Source: Vulcanimicrobiota bacterium (GTDB lineage Bacteria > Vulcanimicrobiota > Xenobia > Xenobiales > JADMJV01). Taken from it: a stretch of DNA of 64,000 bases. The DNA lies in the NCBI GenBank assembly GCA_050250895.1, contig JBFWNU010000009.1, forward strand, positions 134,488 through 198,487, given 5' to 3'. Shown here one piece after another: positions 10,994 to 19,592 of this stretch. Within the stretch, counting starts at the first letter, position 1. Every line of letters starts with the position of its first letter. The position numbers and the translations under genes were made by a program. The notes under the pieces were generated by a model, which was not told the DNA's origin, did no database searches, and saw only the letters and a program-made list of their open reading frames with translations.

Positions 10994-12030
10994 CAGCCGG
11001 CCCGCTCTTTCACTCGCCAGGCTCGCTGGCGCAGCCGCATGGCCACCTGGGTCCGACCGGCCTGCTCTTCATAAAGGGCCAGTTCGAGCATGGCCAGATG
11101 GTCCTCGGGATCGAGATAGATAGCCCGCCGCAGCCCTTCCACTCCGGCTCGGCCAGGGGTTGGCTCGCTCTTCACCAGGACCCGGGCCGATTTGGGCTCG
11201 ACCACCGGCCGAGGCGGGCGCGAGGCCGGCAAGCGGGGTAGCGGCGCAACCGGTTGGGCGCTCAAACGACGAAAGGCGGCCGGACCGGCGGTAGGATGAT
11301 GAACGAACAGCTGCTGGGGTGGCAAGGCCAGTTCGCACAACCCGACGTAAAGCAGGCCATCTTCGTCCAGCAAACTGTGAAGGGCCCGAAAGGCGCGCTC
11401 GCGGGCCGGCTGGTCGAGATAAATCAGCAGATTGCGACAACAGGCCAGATCGTAGGCTCCCGGCACGAAGGCGGTCGGACCGAGCAGGTTGGCCCGGCGC
11501 CAGCGAACAAGCCGAGTCAGCCGGGGAAGGATCTGCCAACCGCCTTCCACGGCCTCGAAATAAGTCTGGCGATAAGCATCTCCGCCGCGAAACGAATAGT
11601 CGCGATAGATCCCGGTTGCGGCCCGGCCCAGGGCGGCCTGGCTAAGGTCGACCGCCTCGATAGTGAAGGCCGCCTCGGGAAAGCTAGCCGCCAGCAGGGC
11701 GATCACCATGGAGTAGGCCTCTTCGCCGCTGGAACAGGGCAGGCTCAGCAAGCGCACCGGGTTGGGCGAAGACAGACGCCGACGGCGGACCTCGTCAGGA
11801 AGGTGCTCGAACAGCTGGGGCTCGCGAAAGAACCAGGTTTCGGGCACCAGAAACTCTTCGGCCAGGCCCAAGAACTCTTGCTCGTCGCCCAGCAGCCTGG
11901 CCACATAGCGCTCGAGCCCGGCCTCGCCGCGACAACGTTCCAGAGCCCGACCCAAAGCCTCGGGATTCAAGACATCCTCGTTCCAGCCGAATCGTGAGGC
12001 CAGCTGAGCGAGCAGCCACTCCTGGCTCAT
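10990..12030 (-). CDS. wspC: CheR methyltransferase with short C-terminal TPR (WspC-like)
   Basis: VPETWFFRE, PCSSGEEAYS, CRNLLIY and tail RRAIYLDP. Confidence 0.9.
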   Translation of the reverse strand: MSQEWLLAQLASRFGWNEDVLNPEALGRALERCRGEAGLERYVARLLGDEQEFLGLAEEFLVPETWFFREPQLFEHLPDEVRRRRLSSPNPVRLLSLPCSSGEEAYSMVIALLAASFPEAAFTIEAVDLSQAALGRAATGIYRDYSFRGGDAYRQTYFEAVEGGWQILPRLTRLVRWRRANLLGPTAFVPGAYDLACCRNLLIYLDQPARERAFRALHSLLDEDGLLYVGLCELALPPQQLFVHHPTAGPAAFRRLSAQPVAPLPRLPASRPPRPVVEPKSARVLVKSEPTPGRAGVEGLRRAIYLDPEDHLAMLELALYEEQAGRTQVAMRLRQRAWRVKERAGW

Positions 12031-12485
12031 GAGGCCAGGTCCGGATAGAGGATGGCGCGCACCTCATCGGTCAACAGTTCGTCGATGGACAAGAGCTGGG
12101 TTAGCCCCTGGGGGCTGCACTGCAGGCCGCCCAGAAAAGGTGGACCGTCGACTCCGGCAGGCTTGAACTCTGAGGTGTCCTGGCGGGTGGTGCGGGTCAG
12201 ACGTTCGACCATCACGCCGAGCGGCCCGGGCCCGTAGTCGACCAGCAGAATCCGGGTGCTGAGCCACGGCTCGCAAGCCCGCCCCAGGCAGAGTTGACAG
12301 AGATCGATGACGGGCAAGGCCTGACCCAGATAGTCGATAACCCCGGCCACGAACGCGGGAGTCTGGGGGATGGGTCGAGGCGCGATGGCGGGCAACACTC
12401 GCAGGACTCGCGAGGCATCCAGCGCGTAGGCTTCGTCCCCCAGCCCAAACACCAGCAAAAGTCTGCCCCGACGCCAAGCCTCCAT
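12027..12485 (-). CDS. wspB: CheW-like adaptor (WspB-like)
   Basis: IPQTPAFVAGVIDYLG..LPVIDL. Confidence 0.87.
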   Translation of the reverse strand: MEAWRRGRLLLVFGLGDEAYALDASRVLRVLPAIAPRPIPQTPAFVAGVIDYLGQALPVIDLCQLCLGRACEPWLSTRILLVDYGPGPLGVMVERLTRTTRQDTSEFKPAGVDGPPFLGGLQCSPQGLTQLLSIDELLTDEVRAILYPDLAS

Positions 12486-12578
12486 GGTCGATGGTGTTCG
12501 ACGACGACCATCAATTCCTCCAGCCCCGATAGATGCTCCAAAAGAGGATTCCAGTCCGGGTTTGCCAAGACAGCCGGG

Positions 12579-13580
12579 ATGGATCTATCCCGATGCGGAG
12601 TTCTGTCCGGGGGTCGTTTGCTGGCTGTCGATGACAGCGCGTTACACCGCACCAAGTTGACGCGCGAACTCATCGCCCTGGGTCACGAAGTCGAAGGGGC
12701 CGAGAACGGTCGCCAGGCTCTTGATTTGCTGGCTGCCAAGCCGTTCGACCTGATGTTGCTCGATCTGAAAATGCCCGAGATGGACGGCCACGCCGTGCTC
12801 GAAGAGTTGCGCCGACGCGACCTGTTGCGCGAACTGCCGGTGATCGTTATCTCGGGGACCGAAGATGTGGCCGTGGCCGCCCACTGTATCGAGCTTGGCG
12901 CCGAGGACTATCTGACCAAGCCCTTCGACACCATCCTGTTGCGGGCCAGGGTGAACTCGAGCCTGGAAAAAAAACGCCTGCGCGATCTCGAGGCCGAACA
13001 TCTGCGAGAACTGACCGAACTGCGCGGCCATCTCGAAGAGCGCAACGCCGACCTGACCAGGGCCAACGAAATGCTGGCCGAGATGGCTTTCACCGATTCG
13101 CTCACGCGCTTGCCCAACCGGCGCTTCGCCCTGCAGAACCTGGACCAGATGTGGGAACTGTTTCGTCGCCGCCGCCGGCCCTTCTCGTGCGTGTTATGCG
13201 ACGTCGACTATTTCAAGAAGATCAACGATACCTTCGGCCACGACTGGGGCGATCGCGTGCTGATCGGGGTGGCCGAGCGTCTCAAGACGATGGCCCGAGG
13301 GGCTGACATCGTGTGCCGCTTCGGAGGCGAGGAATTTCTGGTGCTCTGCCCCGAGACCGAACTCGAGGGAGCCGTGCAGCTAGCCGAACGCCTGCGCCAG
13401 GGGGTCGAGGCCATCGAATTCAAAGAGCTTGAACGCACCATCACGGCCACTTTCGGAGTCGGCCAGGTGCTGCCCGGCATGGAGCGCGCCGGCCTGGTGC
13501 TCAAAACCGCCGACGACGCCCTCTATCAAGCCAAAGAGGCGGGCCGCAACCGGGTCGGGATCGCGGCGGCCGCCTCGTAG
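12579..13580 (+). CDS. REC-GGDEF diguanylate cyclase (WspR-like)
   Basis: REC (AVDD, DLKMP, KPF), coiled-coil linker, DSLTRLPNRR, RGAD I-site and GGEEF. Confidence 0.92.
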   Translation: MDLSRCGVLSGGRLLAVDDSALHRTKLTRELIALGHEVEGAENGRQALDLLAAKPFDLMLLDLKMPEMDGHAVLEELRRRDLLRELPVIVISGTEDVAVAAHCIELGAEDYLTKPFDTILLRARVNSSLEKKRLRDLEAEHLRELTELRGHLEERNADLTRANEMLAEMAFTDSLTRLPNRRFALQNLDQMWELFRRRRRPFSCVLCDVDYFKKINDTFGHDWGDRVLIGVAERLKTMARGADIVCRFGGEEFLVLCPETELEGAVQLAERLRQGVEAIEFKELERTITATFGVGQVLPGMERAGLVLKTADDALYQAKEAGRNRVGIAAAAS

Positions 13581-13590
13581 GTTTTCTTCT

Positions 13591-13758
13591 TCAACCGCGC
13601 CCGGCGGTTGCCATGTAACCCAACAACAGGCCATACAGGCCAGCCGTCCACGGGTTACACATCAGGCCTCAGGTGCTGCCGACCTGACGCGAGAGAAAAC
13701 TCCAGCCCAGGCCGATCAGAAGGCCAACTCCCATACCGATCAAGGTCTTCGATGTCAT
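13591..13758 (-). CDS. Putative selenoprotein, DUF6132-like small two-TM protein (in-frame UGA at 13669-13671)
   Basis: GGAGG RBS. Read-through gives MTSKTLIGMGVGLLIGLGWSFLSRQVGST-U-GLMCNPWTAGLYGLLLGYMATAGRG, and a second TM helix continues after the UGA. Confidence 0.72.
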
Positions 13759-13783
13759 GGCCACCTCCAAATCTAACATTCTC

Positions 13784-13812
13784 AATATACCAATTTGGAT
13801 GACCAAGATCAA
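13784..13812 (-). promoter_or_regulatory. Sigma70-type promoter overlapped by an FNR/Crp-like box
   Basis: Minus strand TTGATC-N17-TATATT with extended TG. The box TTGATCTTGGTCAT (13799-13812) matches the box at 38056 at 12 of 14 positions. Confidence 0.6.
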
Positions 13813-13880
13813 GCCACGGCCTGCACTGGGTGACCCGCACCTGGCGGGATTCCTGGCCCCTGCGCGGAGAACACCCAGAA

Positions 13881-14315
13881 ATGCGGTGGCCAATCATCCT
13901 CTGTCTACTTTGGATCGTTCAAGGGCCGGTCATGAGTGAGCCCAGCCTGACCGGTCGTTGGGTGACTTCAGACCTGCTCTGGAAGGATCCCGATACTCTC
14001 GAGCCACCGCGCGAACTGGTTCTCGAGCTGAGCGAGGATGGTCAAGCCCGGCTGGACAGCTGCGTCATCTCCCGCGTTTATCGCACCACTGTCGAAGGTT
14101 GCTTCTTGCAAGAGACCCGCAGTGACGAACGCCACCTCGAAGGTCGGTACGAGCTGGTCGATTCGGTGTTGCGTTTCCACTGGACTCGGCCCGACCCTGT
14201 CCTGAGCCCATTTTTCGTTCTCGATGGCAACACTTATTGCTGGCCGACCACCAGCCTGTGGCCGCTCACCGTCGACCTGCCTGCGATGGTCATGGAGTTT
14301 CGTCGGCCGCGTTAG
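13881..14315 (+). CDS. Hypothetical exported protein
   Basis: Signal-peptide-like MRWPIILCLLWIV, followed by a beta-rich LTGRW domain. Confidence 0.55.
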   Translation: MRWPIILCLLWIVQGPVMSEPSLTGRWVTSDLLWKDPDTLEPPRELVLELSEDGQARLDSCVISRVYRTTVEGCFLQETRSDERHLEGRYELVDSVLRFHWTRPDPVLSPFFVLDGNTYCWPTTSLWPLTVDLPAMVMEFRRPR

Positions 14316-15028
14316 ACGAAGCGAGGAAACATCTGGCGCCAAAGGGGCCAGTCGTGGATGCCCGGATCCTCCCAGACTTCGAGGCGATGACCGATGCCCT
14401 GCCGCTCGAGGATGCCGGCCAGATTGATGGTCGGCCCCAGGCAGAAATCCCAGCGGCCGGCTCCCAGAATGATGTCCATCTCACGGAAGGCGGCCAACAG
14501 CTCGGGGTCGGTGACGTTGGGCATAAAGTGAGGCGGGCAGTTGTAATACACATCGTCGTCATAGTAGCCGTCGACGCACTGACAAATGTCGTAGTCGCCC
14601 GACATGGCGATGACGCGCTTCACCAGGCGGGGGTGTCGAAAGCTGAAGTTGACGGCGTGAAAAGCGCCAAAGCTGGCCCCCGTCACCATCAAGAAAGGGT
14701 TCTGGTTGACGCTCCTGAGATATGGCAAGAACTCGTCGAGCAGATAGGCTTCGAACTGAAGGTGGCGCTCGAGCTGGTCAAACTGGTGAGCCTCGAAGTT
14801 ATACCACGACTCGCGGTCGACCGAGTCGATACAGAACAGCTGAATCCAGCCGTTGGCTAGATGCCGGGCCACCGGCCCCAGCATGCCGAAGTCTTCCCAC
14901 TGATAGAACTTGCCTCCCGAGGTCGGAAAGACCAGCACCGGAGCGCCACCGTGACCGAGGACCAGGTGTTCCATCCGGCGCTCGAGATGTTGGCTCTCGA
15001 GGAAGCCGTAATGACGGGCGTAGCTCAC
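14312..15028 (-). CDS. Esterase family alpha/beta hydrolase
   Basis: GHGGAPVLVFPTS, GASFG nucleophile elbow and HDWPLW. Confidence 0.88.
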   Translation of the reverse strand: MSYARHYGFLESQHLERRMEHLVLGHGGAPVLVFPTSGGKFYQWEDFGMLGPVARHLANGWIQLFCIDSVDRESWYNFEAHQFDQLERHLQFEAYLLDEFLPYLRSVNQNPFLMVTGASFGAFHAVNFSFRHPRLVKRVIAMSGDYDICQCVDGYYDDDVYYNCPPHFMPNVTDPELLAAFREMDIILGAGRWDFCLGPTINLAGILERQGIGHRLEVWEDPGIHDWPLWRQMFPRFV

Positions 15029-18000
15029 TTGGTCGAGGTGAGTTCGAGTTCGCTGAATCCATCAGACTCGGGCTGCTCGGCTGCCTCGGGGGCGGGCGTT
15101 GCAGCCGGCTGCGGCGCCTCGAGCCAGTTCATCTTGATGACGGCCCGGCGCAACACGTCGGGATTCGGCTCAAAGAAGATCCAGCGGCTACAGACGAGGT
15201 CGGCCGTGGCCTGATCGTCGGTGGCCAGCAGGGTGAGTTCGCGCAGGGTCGCGCGCAATTGGGTCATGCGAGAGGGGCGCACCTCGAGAAACGCCTCGAT
15301 GGTGGCTCGTCGCACGGCCTCCATCCGCTGTTCATGAATCGAGAGCTCGCGGATCAAGCTCAGCCCCAGGCTGGGATTCTCGCGGATCGTGGCCCGGGCC
15401 AGTTCGATGCGAGCCTGACCTGCGACGGCCACTGAACCGATCTGCTCGAGACGCGCCAGGGCAGCCTCGGTCTGGCCCAAGGCCATTTCGACCTTGAGCA
15501 GGGCGAGGTGGGCTTCGTCCGCTTCGTATCCTTTTAGCCTCTTGAGCGAGCCCGAGGCCTTCTTGAGCAGCTTCTCGACCTCGCCCTTCAGTTGCAGGCG
15601 GTTGGCCAGGCCGGCCGCCAACAGCAGGGCTCCTGATCCGGTCAACTCGAGTGCCGACAGCTGGGACAGGGCCGCAAAGGCGCGACTCAGGCATTCCCTG
15701 GCGTCATCGTGGGCCAGCAACTGGTGATGGGTCGAAGCCATGGCCACCAGCCCCTCGGCCTGCTCGGCAGCCGAGGCCTCTTCTACTGATTCGCCCGCTT
15801 CTTTGAGCAGCTGATGCAGCCGGCGGTCCTCGCCAGCCATGCCGAACTGGGTGGCCAGATTGGCCAGGGTCACCGCCTTCTGGCTGCCGTTGCTCATGGC
15901 GCGGGCAGCGGCTACCGCCTGACTGAGAAGCTTCTGTCCCCACTCGCTATCCCCCAGCCGGGACAAACTGCCGGCCAGGGTGGAAAGAGCGGCGGCCTTG
16001 AGCTGGGGCGCCAGACCGTCGGCTTGCAAGGTGGCCTCGGCGCCGACCTGCAGATACTCGGTCGAGGTCTGTTCGCTGCTCGACATCAGGGCCATCTTCA
16101 TGGTGCCGCGGCAACTATGGTCGATATCGACCGAGTGGGTCTCGACCTGGATGGAGTGATAAGCCAGATCCCGGGCCCGGGCGCGATGGCCGGTCCGGGC
16201 CACCGCTCCGGCCACGAACGACAGGGTTTCGGAGCGCGTGGCAGGGTCTTCAATGGTGAAGGCCATGGCGGCGGCCTCGGAAAAACTGCGACTGGCTTCG
16301 CGGGTCGAGCGCAAACGGTGCAGGCCCACCCCGATGTCGGCCAGGGCTTTGGCCTGAAGTGAACGGTCGTCGAAAGCTCCGGCCAGGGCTGACAGGCGCT
16401 CGTAGGCCTCGAGCGCTTTGTCGGAACGCTCCAGCCGGCTCAGGCAAGAAGAGAGGCCAAAGATGGCCCGCAGGCGCTCGGCCGGCACGTGCACGGTAGC
16501 TGCCGCCTGCACCAGTTGCAGAAAGGCCTCAGGCACCCAGTCGAAGGCTCGCACCTCAGACAGCGCCTCACCCAACTCGACATACCCGCTGACCCGGCCG
16601 GGGTCCCAGGGGCGGGCACTGACCGCCCCCAGCAGGTCGCCGAACGCCTTTTGCGGCGTCTTGGCTCGCGAGAAGACTTTGCGGTCCACGCGGTCCGGAG
16701 CCCGTTCGGGCACCGGCAGATTCTCGCCCAGTTCGGCCAACCCGCTCACCAGGGCGGCCTCACGCAGGTCCCTGGGCGGACCGGCAGGAGCCGCCTTGAG
16801 GCACTCGAGGCCGGCCTTGAAGGCCCGCTTGCGCAGCGGGTCGCCCAGCACCGAGATCCGTCCGAAGCCGAGCCAATAGGTGGCCTGGCGCAGCGGCTCT
16901 TCTTCGAGGGCCAAGAGAGCGAAGGCCTTCTCGGTATAGTTGGGATCGCTGGCGAAGTCGGCCAGGATCCGCAAGACCAGGGGAAGATCGACATCACGAA
17001 ACTGGGGTAGCGGGATGGCCAGAGCTTCGTCAAGGATGCTCTGAGCCAGCTCGTGACGACCCTCTTCCCAGGCCTGCCAGGCCAGCAGCAGAAAGGTCTT
17101 GAAGCGGCATCCTTCGGCGGCGATCATGCGGGCGTTGTCGAGGGCTCGGTCAAAGTCGCCCGAGTCGGCCTGGTGATGAGTGATTACCGCCGTCTGGTTG
17201 GCCCGCATGCGCGGCATGCCCAGGCCGTAGGCCAGGATGCGCGGCAGGTCGCCCTCTTCGAGGGCCGCCTCGAGCCCCCGATGCAGGTCCTCGAGCACCG
17301 ACCTCACCGAGCCCGTGCGGGCCAGTTTAGAGTGGATGTAGGGACCTTCGCACAGCCAGTGCAGGATGGAAAAATCACGCCGCCGCGAGGAGCGGGCCAG
17401 CCGGTCGCAATGATAGCCCAGGTACATCCAGCCATAGATGTCGTTCATCTCTTCCCAAGACGGATAGGTCTCGCGGAAGAAGGCCACCACGCGGCCGTGA
17501 GTGGCCACCAGGTCGCGGCGCAGCAAGTTCGAGATCACGATTTGCATCTGGCGCGAAAACAGGCAAATCTTCTCTCCCTGGTTGCGCAAGATGGGCAGCA
17601 TGGCCTCGAGCAATCCGTGGACCCGAGCGGCCGAAAGGCCTAGAAAATCGGCGATCGAGGCCGGTGCCAGCGGCTCGGGAGCCTCGCTCAGCAGCCCTGC
17701 CATCAGGCAGATATCGGCCTGCATGTCGGCCGGCAGACTGTGCAGTAGCTCGCGCCAGGCCAGGGCCAGGACCAGCGACAACTTGCCCGGCACGATGTCG
17801 CCTTCGGGCAGGCCCTCGCGAACAAAGTGCTGGGCCACCAGGAAGTTGCCCTGACTGCGTTCGAGATAGGTCTCGAGCTTGTCGTTGCTAAGGCCCTCGC
17901 TCTTAAGGTAGTCGCGCAGGTCCTCGCGATTGCGCTCATCGCGCGAATCGAGCGCAATCACCTCGGCGCCGCCGCGGTAGAGGGCGGCCAGATGAGCCCC

Positions 18001-18435
18001 CGGCCGGCAGGCGATGATCACCCGCACGCCCGGAATGGGCCGGTCGAGACCGGCCAAGCCGCCGGCATCCCAGAGCCAGCCGCCGCGTTCAAACGAGTCG
18101 ACCACGATGAGGCGTTCTTTCTTGCCCCCGGGAGGCAGCATCTCTTCGGCCCAGGCCACCGACTCGTGCACGGTCGAAGGCAGGCGTTTGCCCTCGAGGT
18201 CGAGCTGGGCCAGCAGAGCGTGCCAGAAGCCGATACCGACGTTCGTGCCCAGGGTGGGGCGAACCGAGACCCAGAGGCTGTCAGATTCGTCCTTGACCAG
18301 ATCGCGCAGAAATGCGGTCTTGCCCGCGCCTGGTTCTCCGATTAGAACCATCATCGGTGGTCCGTTCTTGCGCCACTGCTCCACTGCGTCACGCAGCCAT
18401 TTGCGACCGACCAGACCGGATTTCTGCTTCGCCAT
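15025..18435 (-). CDS. STAND/NACHT-like P-loop NTPase with a long TPR-like helical C-terminus
   Basis: LVGRKWL, Walker A GEPGAGKT, Walker B LIVVDS, SQGNFL and Ala/Leu-rich helical repeats. GGAGG before ATG 18435. Confidence 0.75.
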   Translation of the reverse strand: MAKQKSGLVGRKWLRDAVEQWRKNGPPMMVLIGEPGAGKTAFLRDLVKDESDSLWVSVRPTLGTNVGIGFWHALLAQLDLEGKRLPSTVHESVAWAEEMLPPGGKKERLIVVDSFERGGWLWDAGGLAGLDRPIPGVRVIIACRPGAHLAALYRGGAEVIALDSRDERNREDLRDYLKSEGLSNDKLETYLERSQGNFLVAQHFVREGLPEGDIVPGKLSLVLALAWRELLHSLPADMQADICLMAGLLSEAPEPLAPASIADFLGLSAARVHGLLEAMLPILRNQGEKICLFSRQMQIVISNLLRRDLVATHGRVVAFFRETYPSWEEMNDIYGWMYLGYHCDRLARSSRRRDFSILHWLCEGPYIHSKLARTGSVRSVLEDLHRGLEAALEEGDLPRILAYGLGMPRMRANQTAVITHHQADSGDFDRALDNARMIAAEGCRFKTFLLLAWQAWEEGRHELAQSILDEALAIPLPQFRDVDLPLVLRILADFASDPNYTEKAFALLALEEEPLRQATYWLGFGRISVLGDPLRKRAFKAGLECLKAAPAGPPRDLREAALVSGLAELGENLPVPERAPDRVDRKVFSRAKTPQKAFGDLLGAVSARPWDPGRVSGYVELGEALSEVRAFDWVPEAFLQLVQAAATVHVPAERLRAIFGLSSCLSRLERSDKALEAYERLSALAGAFDDRSLQAKALADIGVGLHRLRSTREASRSFSEAAAMAFTIEDPATRSETLSFVAGAVARTGHRARARDLAYHSIQVETHSVDIDHSCRGTMKMALMSSSEQTSTEYLQVGAEATLQADGLAPQLKAAALSTLAGSLSRLGDSEWGQKLLSQAVAAARAMSNGSQKAVTLANLATQFGMAGEDRRLHQLLKEAGESVEEASAAEQAEGLVAMASTHHQLLAHDDARECLSRAFAALSQLSALELTGSGALLLAAGLANRLQLKGEVEKLLKKASGSLKRLKGYEADEAHLALLKVEMALGQTEAALARLEQIGSVAVAGQARIELARATIRENPSLGLSLIRELSIHEQRMEAVRRATIEAFLEVRPSRMTQLRATLRELTLLATDDQATADLVCSRWIFFEPNPDVLRRAVIKMNWLEAPQPAATPAPEAAEQPESDGFSELELTSTK

Positions 18436-18527
18436 GGGCCCTCCAGGGAAAGAGTGGGACGGTTCTTCGGGAAAGGCCGACCTAGTCCTCTGCAGGGATC
18501 GCTCGGCAATCTGCAAAGAATCGGCCC

Positions 18528-19502
18528 ATGACCAGCACTACTCCGGGAGTCCTCGAAACCACCCTGCCGGTGGTCGAGCAAGCCGACCATGTGCGGCTCG
18601 ATCGCGACCGCATCGACGCCCTCTGCCAGCAATGGCTCGACAGCTCCTTTAGCGTGCCCAACTGGGACGACGCCGTGCACTGGAGCGACGGCAGCGAGCG
18701 CACGGCCAACGCAGTGCTGCTGCTCGACGCCCTGAACTTCTGCTTCTGGCCCGACCCCGGCCAACCCAGGTGGGCCATCGACTACCAGGGGCGCCGCTAC
18801 AACGGCTATATGGCGCTGGCGGCGAGCCTCAAGCGGGCCATGGAAGAAGGCGACCCTCTCTATGACGCGGATCGTCTGGCCGAACTGTCCCTCGACGACC
18901 TGAAACATATCTTTCGGGGCGAAAACGAGATTCCGATGCTCGAAAAGCGCCTGGCCAACGCTCGCGAAATCGGCCAGGTCTTGTCGTCGCGCTGGCAGGG
19001 GCAGTTCGCCCGGGTCATCGAGAAAGCGGCCGGTTCGGCCGTCTACTTGACCGACCTGTTGACCCACGAATTCTCGAGCTTTCGCGATGTCACCACCTAT
19101 AAGGGCCAGGAAGTGCGTCTGCTCAAGCGCGCTCAGATCTGCGTCATCGATTTGTTAGGCACGTTTGGTGGCCAGGGGCTGGGGCACTTTTCCGACGCCG
19201 GTCAACTGACCGCCTTTGCCGACTACAAGATCCCCCAGGTGCTCGAAGCGCAGGGGGCCCTGGTCTATAGCTCGGACTTATGCGCCACCCTCGACAACTA
19301 TCAACTGATCCCCCCCGGGGATTCGCGCGAAGTGGAGATTCGGGCCGGCATGGTCTGGGCGGTCGAGTATCTACGCCAGGGTTTCGAACGCCTCGGCCGC
19401 GCCACTTCGGCCTATGAACTGGACTGGTTCTTGTGGAACGTCGGCCAGCGCCCGGTCGAAAACGAGCGCCCCTACCACCGCACCCGCACGATCTATTATT
19501 AG
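18528..19502 (+). CDS. Queuosine salvage hydrolase (Q_salvage/DUF2419, QNG1-like)
   Basis: DALNFCFW, KRAQI, FADYKIPQVL, EVEIRA, D.FLW and C-terminal PYHRTRTIYY. Confidence 0.9.
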   Translation: MTSTTPGVLETTLPVVEQADHVRLDRDRIDALCQQWLDSSFSVPNWDDAVHWSDGSERTANAVLLLDALNFCFWPDPGQPRWAIDYQGRRYNGYMALAASLKRAMEEGDPLYDADRLAELSLDDLKHIFRGENEIPMLEKRLANAREIGQVLSSRWQGQFARVIEKAAGSAVYLTDLLTHEFSSFRDVTTYKGQEVRLLKRAQICVIDLLGTFGGQGLGHFSDAGQLTAFADYKIPQVLEAQGALVYSSDLCATLDNYQLIPPGDSREVEIRAGMVWAVEYLRQGFERLGRATSAYELDWFLWNVGQRPVENERPYHRTRTIYY

Positions 19503-19592
19503 GGGCCGGACGGGCCCGAACTGATGGGTGAAACCTGGGAACTGGACCTTTAGCGAAGGGCCATCTTTGGCCAGCGCCGAACGGCCCAGCCG

